A stretch of 64,000 bases of DNA from a virus, in IMG/VR virus record IMGVR_UViG_3300017779_000001; one strand, 5' to 3'. The notes below the pieces were generated by a model that searched no databases, was not told the DNA's origin, and saw only the letters and a list, made by a program, of their open reading frames with translations. A program made the position numbers and the translations under genes. Numbering within the stretch: the stretch's first letter is position 1; every line of letters begins with the position of its first letter. Below, piece after piece: positions 56,074 through 63,841 of the stretch.

Positions 56074-59000
56074 ATGGCGCAACGAATAAAGAACCCTACG
56101 GGGTGGGTAAACACAACAGGAAGCTGGGTAAAAACATCTCCAACTGAATGGTCGGCAGTAGATTCTATCTATTCAAAGACACCTACTGGGTGGGTAAAGT
56201 CATCAGGACAAATGCCAGCTCAAGTAGTTGCAACAAGACCAGCAGTTGGGACAAGACCTTACAACTTCCAACAATCTTATCAATTCACTGTGCAACAGTC
56301 GTATCAGTATCATAATAGGGTACAGGCATCTACACAACAGTCATATCAGTATCATAACAGGGTTCAAACAAGTGTTCAACAAGATTACACTTATCACAAC
56401 CGTGTTCAACAAAATACTCAACAGACATATACCTATCATAATAGAGTACAAAGAAGAAGACCAGTACAACAAGCATATACCTATCATAATAGAGTACCTA
56501 GACGTAGACCAGTACAACAGACTTATAGTTATCACAATCAGGTACCAAGACGTAGACCAGTACAACAGACGTACGTCTATCATAATCAGGTACCAAGACG
56601 TAGACCTACACAACAATCATATCAATACCATAATAGAGTTGGTAGACAACGTGTAGTACAACAGGGTTATACTTATCACAATAGAGGACAAGCTTCTACC
56701 CAACAGACTTACCAGTATCATAACAGAGTTCAAACAAGTACTCAACAACCTTACACTTATCATAATAGGGTACCTAGAAGAAGACCTGTACAACAGTCGT
56801 ATCAGTACCATAATAGAGTACAAAGAAGAAGACCTGTTCAACAGACGTATACCTATCATCATAGAATACCAAGACGTAGACCAGTACAACAGGCATACAC
56901 TTATCACAATAGGATACAAACAAGTACTCAACAGGCATACACTTATCACAATAGGGTACCTAGAAGAAGACCAGTCCAACAGGCATACCAGTACCACAAT
57001 AGGGTGCAGAGAAGAAGACCTGTTCAACAGTCGTATCAGTACCATAATAGAGTACCTAGAAGAAGACCAGTACAACAAGGGTATACTTATCATAATAGAG
57101 GACAAGCATCAACTCAACAGACTTATCAATATCATAACAGAGTTCAAGCTTCTACTCAACAGAGTTACCAGTATCATAATAGGGTTCAGACTAGTGTACA
57201 ACAATCATACCAATACCATAATAGAGTACAGGTAAGTACACAACAGAATTACCAGTACAACAATACTGAATCAAGAAGAAGACCTGTACAACAAAGTTAC
57301 CAGTACAACAATCAAGAGTCTAGAAGAAGACCAGTACAACAGGTATACCAGTATCATAATCAGGTACCTAGAAGAAGACCTGTACAACAGACGTATACCT
57401 ATCATAATCAGGTACCAAGACGTAGACCTGTACAACAAAGTTACCAGTACAATAATCAAGAGACAAGACGTAGACCAGCACAACAGTCTTATACGTATCA
57501 TAATAGACTTCAAGCTAGGTATAGTTACCAACAACCTTATAGTTATCACAATCAGGTACCAAGACGTAGACCTGTGCAACAAGCATACACTTATCATAAT
57601 CAGGTTCCAAGACGTAGACCAGTTCAACAGTCTTATCAGTACAATAATCAAGAGTCAAGACGTAGACCAGTTCAACAGTCTTATCAGTACAATAATCAAG
57701 AGCCAAGACGTAGACCAACACAACAGTCTTATCAGTTTAACCAACCTACACCTAGAAGAAGACCTGTACAACAAACATACCAGTTTAACCAACCTACATC
57801 TAGGACAAGACAGACTACAGTAAGGAATAGCGCACACACAGCTTACATCCATTATGGAAATATCTATGGTGGTGGTGGTGATACATCTGTTATTAAGGTA
57901 GAAACTCCATACGGACAAAGAACTTCCTATATACCATCTTTTGAGTTCTCGGGTTTCCCAATGAATGCTCAGAATACAGGTACTGCAAGTCCATTTGGTT
58001 TTGCAGGAAGACCTGATGGAAAAGGACATGAAAGAGATTCCTTTAGAGGAAACATGATGTTCAGAGGGCCTTCGTTACAAATGTCAGGTACGCAATCACC
58101 ATTCTTTACTGGTAGTGGCCCACAAAACCAATCAACATCACCGAAGAGTTGGCACTATAGAAGTTACTTTGGTGGACAAAGACAGTGGCAGGGTGTGTTA
58201 AGATTTGTTGGTGCGAACATGGAATTTGGTGCTGATTTCGTTGCAGGGCCAGCTGCTCAATCTGTTCAAAGTATACCTAACCCACAGAGACAAGGTTCAA
58301 TACCTATTACAGGACAAGCACCAACTAATTCTCAATATGGTGCAAAAATAACGAGTGGACAGACTGCAACATTTAAATGGTCACAAGATGGTCAGATGCA
58401 GTCACAATCACCCGGCGGTGGAGGTGGAGGATTCCCACTATTTGTCAGAAACAAAGGTGATGTATTCGTTAGAAGTAGAGATTTGTCTCATGTTCACCAA
58501 GTAACTTTCAGTAATAGTGCTGGTGTGACATGGCCTCAAGGTCAGATGAACGAGATGCAACAGCCTGGTCAACAGAACCAACCGTACACTTATCATAATA
58601 GGGTACAAAGACGTAGACCAACACAACAACCGTACACTTATCATAATAGGGTACCTAGAAGAAGACCAGTACAACAGGCATACACTTATCATAATCAGGT
58701 ACCTAGAAGAAGACCTGTGCAACAAGCGTACACTTATCATAATCAGGTACCAAGACGTAGACCTGTACAACAAAGTTACCAGTACAACAATCAAGAGTCT
58801 AGAAGAAGACCAGTACAACAAAGTTACCAGTACAATAATACTGAGACTAGGAGAAGACCTGCTAGGTCAGACTATCGAGTCAACCAACCTACTCCTAGAA
58901 GAAGACCAGTACAACAGACGTATACCTATCATAATAGAATACCGAGACGTAGACCAGTGCAACAATCTTATCAGTACAATAATACTGAGACTAGAAGAAG

Positions 59001-60222
59001 ACCAGTGCAATCGTCTTATCAGTACAATAATACTGAATCTAGAAGAAGACCAGTTCAACAGACGTATACTTATCATAATAGAATACCAAGACGTAGACCT
59101 GTACAACAAAGTTATCAGTATCATAATCAGGTACCTAGAAGAAGACCAACTAGAGTACAAACATTACAGAGGGTGTCAAGACAGAGACCAGCAAGAGTAC
59201 AAGCTTTACAACGTGTATCAAGACGTAGACCAACAAGAGTACAACAGTTGCAACGTGTCTCTAGACAAAGACCAGCAAGAGTACAGGTTAACATTCAAGA
59301 AACAAGAAGAAGACCTGTACAACAAAGTTACCAGTACAATAATATTGTAACTAGACAACGTCCTGTACAACAAGGTTATCAATATAATAATATTGAGTCT
59401 AGAAGAAGACCAGTGCAACAGGGTTATCAATATAATAATACTGAGACTAGAAGAAGACCAACTAGAGTACAGGTGAACCAACCTTCTCCTAGAAGAAGAC
59501 CTGTTCAACAGAGTTATCAGTATAATAGTACTGAGAACAGACAGAGACCAGTACAACAAGGTTATCAGTATAATAATATTGAGACTAGACAACGTCCTGT
59601 ACAACAAGGTTACCAGTATAATAATGTTGAGACTAGAAGAAGACCAGCAAGAGTACAACAGTTGCAACGTGTTTCTAGACAAAGACCTGCTAGAGTTCAG
59701 GTAAATATACAAGAAACTAGAAGAAGACCAGCACAGCAAACTTATCAGTACAATAATATTGTAACTAGACAACGTCCAACACAACAGAATTATCAATATA
59801 ATAATACTGAAAATAGACAGAGACCAGTGCAACAAGGTTACCAGTATAATAATACTGAAAACAGACAAAGACCAGTGCAACAGGGTTATCAATATAATAA
59901 TATTGAGTCTAGAAGAAGACCAGTGCAACAGGGTTATCAATATAATAATATTGAGTCTAGACAAAGACCAGCAAGAGTTCAGGTTCTACAGAATGTAACT
60001 AGACAAAGACCTGCTAGAACACAGGTATTGCAGAGAGTTTCAAGACAGAGACCTACTAGGGTACAGGTATTGCAAAGAGTTTCAAGACAGAGACCAGCAC
60101 AGTCATCCCGTCAGAAGGTTACAGTTGGTATACAACCATATGCATATCAACAACCGTATAGAAATACAGTTCAGAAATGGGATGGTACAACGTCTTGGCC
60201 TGCACAACCAATATCCTCTTAA
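56074..60222 (+). CDS. Mirror-repeat (hairpin) fibre-tip protein, long paralogue
   Basis: Trp-rich N-terminus; 33 N-arm and 33 C-arm units flank a ~250-aa domain homologous to that of 46640-48880. Confidence 0.8.
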   Translation: MAQRIKNPTGWVNTTGSWVKTSPTEWSAVDSIYSKTPTGWVKSSGQMPAQVVATRPAVGTRPYNFQQSYQFTVQQSYQYHNRVQASTQQSYQYHNRVQTSVQQDYTYHNRVQQNTQQTYTYHNRVQRRRPVQQAYTYHNRVPRRRPVQQTYSYHNQVPRRRPVQQTYVYHNQVPRRRPTQQSYQYHNRVGRQRVVQQGYTYHNRGQASTQQTYQYHNRVQTSTQQPYTYHNRVPRRRPVQQSYQYHNRVQRRRPVQQTYTYHHRIPRRRPVQQAYTYHNRIQTSTQQAYTYHNRVPRRRPVQQAYQYHNRVQRRRPVQQSYQYHNRVPRRRPVQQGYTYHNRGQASTQQTYQYHNRVQASTQQSYQYHNRVQTSVQQSYQYHNRVQVSTQQNYQYNNTESRRRPVQQSYQYNNQESRRRPVQQVYQYHNQVPRRRPVQQTYTYHNQVPRRRPVQQSYQYNNQETRRRPAQQSYTYHNRLQARYSYQQPYSYHNQVPRRRPVQQAYTYHNQVPRRRPVQQSYQYNNQESRRRPVQQSYQYNNQEPRRRPTQQSYQFNQPTPRRRPVQQTYQFNQPTSRTRQTTVRNSAHTAYIHYGNIYGGGGDTSVIKVETPYGQRTSYIPSFEFSGFPMNAQNTGTASPFGFAGRPDGKGHERDSFRGNMMFRGPSLQMSGTQSPFFTGSGPQNQSTSPKSWHYRSYFGGQRQWQGVLRFVGANMEFGADFVAGPAAQSVQSIPNPQRQGSIPITGQAPTNSQYGAKITSGQTATFKWSQDGQMQSQSPGGGGGGFPLFVRNKGDVFVRSRDLSHVHQVTFSNSAGVTWPQGQMNEMQQPGQQNQPYTYHNRVQRRRPTQQPYTYHNRVPRRRPVQQAYTYHNQVPRRRPVQQAYTYHNQVPRRRPVQQSYQYNNQESRRRPVQQSYQYNNTETRRRPARSDYRVNQPTPRRRPVQQTYTYHNRIPRRRPVQQSYQYNNTETRRRPVQSSYQYNNTESRRRPVQQTYTYHNRIPRRRPVQQSYQYHNQVPRRRPTRVQTLQRVSRQRPARVQALQRVSRRRPTRVQQLQRVSRQRPARVQVNIQETRRRPVQQSYQYNNIVTRQRPVQQGYQYNNIESRRRPVQQGYQYNNTETRRRPTRVQVNQPSPRRRPVQQSYQYNSTENRQRPVQQGYQYNNIETRQRPVQQGYQYNNVETRRRPARVQQLQRVSRQRPARVQVNIQETRRRPAQQTYQYNNIVTRQRPTQQNYQYNNTENRQRPVQQGYQYNNTENRQRPVQQGYQYNNIESRRRPVQQGYQYNNIESRQRPARVQVLQNVTRQRPARTQVLQRVSRQRPTRVQVLQRVSRQRPAQSSRQKVTVGIQPYAYQQPYRNTVQKWDGTTSWPAQPISS
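56293..57822 (+). repeat. N-arm: 33 degenerate 42/48-nt units (510 aa)
   Basis: 10 14-mers, 22 16-mers and one 18-mer counted in the translation. Confidence 0.9.
58576..60099 (+). repeat. C-arm: 33 degenerate 42/48-nt units (508 aa)
   Basis: 10 14-mers and 23 16-mers, in mirror order to the N-arm. Confidence 0.9.
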
Positions 60223-60230
60223 ATAAAAGG

Positions 60231-60270
60231 ACTAAATATTATTGACTAAAACATGATTAGATGTTATAAT
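60231..60270 (+). promoter_or_regulatory. Tandem late-like (ACTAAATA) and sigma70 promoters
   Basis: ACTAAATA 60231-60238; TTGACT(60242-60247)-17-TATAAT(60265-60270) with TG extension. Confidence 0.7.
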
Positions 60271-60278
60271 GGAGTATT

Positions 60279-61733
60279 ATGAAGTATATTGATTTACCCG
60301 ACCCAGTGAGTGTGAAAAGTTCTTTCAACGACCATCTTGGTGGATTGAATAAAACAAAACCCAAGAAAGAAGTGATGATTAAAATCAAAGAAAAGTTTGA
60401 TGAAATCTCACGTATATACAAACCTAAAATAGTTTCACTTGGTGACTTGCACAAAAAGTATGGTGTAAGTTACCAAGAAGACTCCTCACATAAAATTAGG
60501 GATTTCTTTCGTGCATTACAAGTTGGAGAAGCAGCTGTTGATGCAGAAGACTTTGAAAGAATAAATGGTGATGAGAACTCTTCTCGTCTCTATCATGCAA
60601 CTAAATTACATTTCTTAATTCAAGATATCCGAGACAAAGGAATTGAATACGGCCCTCAAGGTGTATTGTATTGGCCTCCTACTGCAGATGCAGATGAGAT
60701 TAGATACTTTGTACATCCCGGCACTGGAAGATATTCTGCAATCAAATATTTACAAAAATGGGATACTGAGTGTTTGGTATGGGATGCATATGACGTATGT
60801 TATGACCATAAACCAATGTCTTACTCTGAATGGATAGTTCACACTTTTAAAAATAATCTATATCCCGATATGAATCATGTGTCTTATTGTTGGAATCAAG
60901 GTATCATAGAAGCACACCAAAATAGAGACATGAGAGGTGACTATACTGAAGCAAATGACTACTTACATTATACACTATTCAATGGTGAGATACCAACTAT
61001 ATACGTTGGATATGATGGTAGACATGGTGAAGTTTCAGATGTTTGTATAAAGAGTATACAACATTCTATTGAAAGATACAATAACAAAATGGGAGACTTA
61101 TCAAGTGTTCCGTGGAATGCATTCGTTAATATTAAAAAACTTGACGTTTCAAAGATTCCCGAGTATACTAGAGAGTATGCAAACCAATCAACAGAGTTTA
61201 CGTATAGTAGATTCATGATACCATACTTAGAGAAATATCAAGGTGTCAGTATGTTTGTGGATGATGACTTTATCTTCACAGAAGATATGTTACACTTATT
61301 TTATTCACTAGGACATACTGATTCCGTTGCATGTTTCCATCATGACTTTTCTGATAAAGGTATTACAGAAAAATTAGGTGGAGAAAAGAATGTATGGTAT
61401 CCTAAAAAACTATGGTCAAGTCTTATGATATTTAACAACGGTCATAAGGATTGTAGAAAACTAACACCCGAGGTGGTAAACACACAATCGGGTCAATATC
61501 TACATCAATTTAAATGGACAGATAATGTAGTCAAACTTCAAGACGATTGTTGTTGGACTGAAGGTTACTCTGATGAACCATATAACGTAAAGAAACATAG
61601 AATGATTCATTACACAAATGGGGGCCCATGGATTGAAAACTTCAATGATAGTGTTCAACAAATTGGTAGATATAATTATTATAAAAATCTCGTAGAGATT
61701 GACAACAAAAAGGTGAAAGAAAATGGCAAATAG
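60279..61733 (+). CDS. Glycosyltransferase (GT-A, GT8-like) fused to an uncharacterised N-terminal domain
   Basis: C-half IYVGYD.R, STEFTYSRF..PYL, FVDDDF (DxD), YP.K.WSS.M.FN, HYT.GGPW. Confidence 0.8.
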   Translation: MKYIDLPDPVSVKSSFNDHLGGLNKTKPKKEVMIKIKEKFDEISRIYKPKIVSLGDLHKKYGVSYQEDSSHKIRDFFRALQVGEAAVDAEDFERINGDENSSRLYHATKLHFLIQDIRDKGIEYGPQGVLYWPPTADADEIRYFVHPGTGRYSAIKYLQKWDTECLVWDAYDVCYDHKPMSYSEWIVHTFKNNLYPDMNHVSYCWNQGIIEAHQNRDMRGDYTEANDYLHYTLFNGEIPTIYVGYDGRHGEVSDVCIKSIQHSIERYNNKMGDLSSVPWNAFVNIKKLDVSKIPEYTREYANQSTEFTYSRFMIPYLEKYQGVSMFVDDDFIFTEDMLHLFYSLGHTDSVACFHHDFSDKGITEKLGGEKNVWYPKKLWSSLMIFNNGHKDCRKLTPEVVNTQSGQYLHQFKWTDNVVKLQDDCCWTEGYSDEPYNVKKHRMIHYTNGGPWIENFNDSVQQIGRYNYYKNLVEIDNKKVKENGK

Positions 61734-62289
61734 AGCTTTAATATATGATGCAACTAATACGTTAGTTATTATCAAAGAAACAGGGTTAAGAATTGTTTAT
61801 CAAAATGTAGACAAACCCGAATTAGGTTTCGAATACGAAGGACTCGTATACGACCAAGATGAATTCAAAATCTTAGAAGTAAATCCATCTAATTGGGATG
61901 CATCGGAAAAACTTCCGTTAACTGATTCAGACAGAGATAAGATTGAAAAATTTATCGATGATGCAGAAGCACCCGATGGTACAAACCTAAACAACCAATA
62001 CATCGATGATTTGTATGATGTTGTTTCAAAAAATGTATATCAATTATGTGTTGAAATGAGAATTGAAAATCTATATGAAGCTACATACATTGGTAGAGAA
62101 GATTCAAATCATCCTTTTAGGTCAGATGCACGAAGAGTGTTAGAATTTGCAGATAGTTCTTACAGTGTACTAGAACAAGTTTGTAGTTCTCTAAGTAGAA
62201 CCCGAGAAGACCAACTTAAAGACTTTGAAGATTATTGTGATGACTTGTTGCAGTTACCACCTGTACAACAATTCCAAGGTCAGCAGTAA
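61723..62289 (+). CDS. Hypothetical protein, possibly tail-fibre-assembly chaperone-like
   Basis: A.Y......PFR.DA......D..Y pattern weakly recalls DUF4376/Tfa; ORF itself is solid, function weak. Confidence 0.5.
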   Translation: MANRALIYDATNTLVIIKETGLRIVYQNVDKPELGFEYEGLVYDQDEFKILEVNPSNWDASEKLPLTDSDRDKIEKFIDDAEAPDGTNLNNQYIDDLYDVVSKNVYQLCVEMRIENLYEATYIGREDSNHPFRSDARRVLEFADSSYSVLEQVCSSLSRTREDQLKDFEDYCDDLLQLPPVQQFQGQQ

Positions 62290-62292
62290 TGT

Positions 62293-62982
62293 ATGGAAGT
62301 TGTATATCTAGATAAACCCTTTAAGATACAGAAATTCCCCTTAGATAAAATCTATGTCTTAGACGATTGGGTAACATACGAAATCATGTATAACATGAGG
62401 AGACTAACCTCAAGAACTATATGGGCTCAAAACAATCAGGTAAATAGAAACGGTAAGATACGTCATCTGTTTTGGGGTGCAACATTCTATGAGGGCAAAG
62501 ATAAAAAAATTAGAGACCATACTTATCATATGCAAGACACCTATCTTATCAGATATCTAGATTGGAAACTTCAATCAGAGTTTGGTTTTAGATGGGAAAA
62601 ATTTCAGTATGCTGGTATGAATGGTCAGACCACTGGTCTTCAAGGGACTATACACGAAGATAGTTCTCCTGAAAATACAACTAATATATCTTTCTTATGG
62701 TACAACACTGAGTATTGGGAAAAAGAATGGGGTGGCCCACTTAAATTTTATAACGAAGAAGCAAAACATATAGATGGTTATAAAGAAGAGTATTTAAAAC
62801 ATCAGATTGCACAGGTTGATTATAAACCAAATAGATTACTAATGTTTGATGGGAGTATACCACACAATGCAGATGCTCCAAATGATGCATGTGAATATGC
62901 ATGTAGACAGTCTCTAGTTATACGAGGTGATGCATGTCGACTAGAGAATGAATTAGATTATTATGCCAACGATAGAATTTAA
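62293..62982 (+). CDS. 2OG-Fe(II) oxygenase
   Basis: HED (HxD), W..EWGG.L.F, PNRL..FDG.IPH, RQS (RxS). Confidence 0.85.
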   Translation: MEVVYLDKPFKIQKFPLDKIYVLDDWVTYEIMYNMRRLTSRTIWAQNNQVNRNGKIRHLFWGATFYEGKDKKIRDHTYHMQDTYLIRYLDWKLQSEFGFRWEKFQYAGMNGQTTGLQGTIHEDSSPENTTNISFLWYNTEYWEKEWGGPLKFYNEEAKHIDGYKEEYLKHQIAQVDYKPNRLLMFDGSIPHNADAPNDACEYACRQSLVIRGDACRLENELDYYANDRI

Positions 62983-63838
62983 CACAACAAACGAAAAAGC
63001 ATTTAAAGAATATCGTCCTGTAGTTGCAAAACATATACATCCTAATTGGTGGAAAGAGATGAGTGTTTCAGCTAATGGACGAGACAATATTAAGATGTGT
63101 CCTTCAATGTTAGATGTGTTGGGTAGTGGTTACTACATTACATGTGTTGAAGATATTAAAATAGAATACCCTAAAAATGATTTAGATGGTTCACCCAAAT
63201 ATGAACTGGGACAATTTGCAAAGTGTCCACACAATCCTAATTATGAAACTACTGGTCACCCTAGAGAACAATTCCCTAACTTCGAGTATGCAAAGGCAGA
63301 TGTAGAAGAAAATCTAGAAAAAAATAATGCAGTCAAAATTAGAGTTCCATGGAGTGTAACAACACCATTGGGTTATTCTTGTTTATATCTAGACCCATTT
63401 CTATTTCAAAATAGATTCTTTCAGACTTGGCAGGGGGTTATGGACACCGATAAATATACAGGTGGAGACTTAAATGGTTTAATTATTCTGTATCCTAAGA
63501 CAAGAGAAGAGTTTGTTATTCCAGCAGGAACACCTATAGCACAGATAGTTCCATATAGAAGAGAGTCGTGGAAAGCTAGTATCGATTTGATTAGTACCGA
63601 ACAATATCAAAAAGACCATGATGCATTTCTATATCATAAGTTTGCAACAGATGATTCAACACCCTTTAAGAAAGGTGGTGGAATAGAAAAGAAATGGGTT
63701 CCAAAATCACCACTCTTTGAAAAGGATATTTTTGACCCATTCAATATTATTCCGACTGAAGAAGAACTTGAACAAGAAAGAAAAATATCAAAAGAAGTTA
63801 GGAATGCAAAATCTCTAAGAGAGAAAATTGAGGATTAA
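62963..63838 (+). CDS. Conserved phage protein (DUF6065-like)
   Basis: IK.CP...D....GY, PW...TP.GYS.L...PF, G..DTD.Y, IPAGTP.AQ..P..RE.W. Confidence 0.65.
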   Translation: MPTIEFNTTNEKAFKEYRPVVAKHIHPNWWKEMSVSANGRDNIKMCPSMLDVLGSGYYITCVEDIKIEYPKNDLDGSPKYELGQFAKCPHNPNYETTGHPREQFPNFEYAKADVEENLEKNNAVKIRVPWSVTTPLGYSCLYLDPFLFQNRFFQTWQGVMDTDKYTGGDLNGLIILYPKTREEFVIPAGTPIAQIVPYRRESWKASIDLISTEQYQKDHDAFLYHKFATDDSTPFKKGGGIEKKWVPKSPLFEKDIFDPFNIIPTEEELEQERKISKEVRNAKSLREKIED

Positions 63839-63841
63839 ATT

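Noticed and set aside
56228-59964. Long antisense and alternate-frame ORFs over the repeat genes (I/L/S-rich)
   Set aside because: These are shadows of repetitive codon use on the + strand, with no RBS or promoter support. The same applies to most short opposite-strand ORFs in the track.
56293-60099. 42/48-nt periodic repeats as a CRISPR array or DNA inverted repeat
   Set aside because: The repeats are in-frame and degenerate at synonymous positions, with no unique spacers and no cas genes. The mirror symmetry exists only in the order of protein units, not as DNA reverse complement.
46640-60222. Diversity-generating retroelement acting on the two paralogous fibre tips
   Set aside because: No reverse transcriptase in the window and no near-identical TR/VR pair differing only at adenines; the heads differ throughout.
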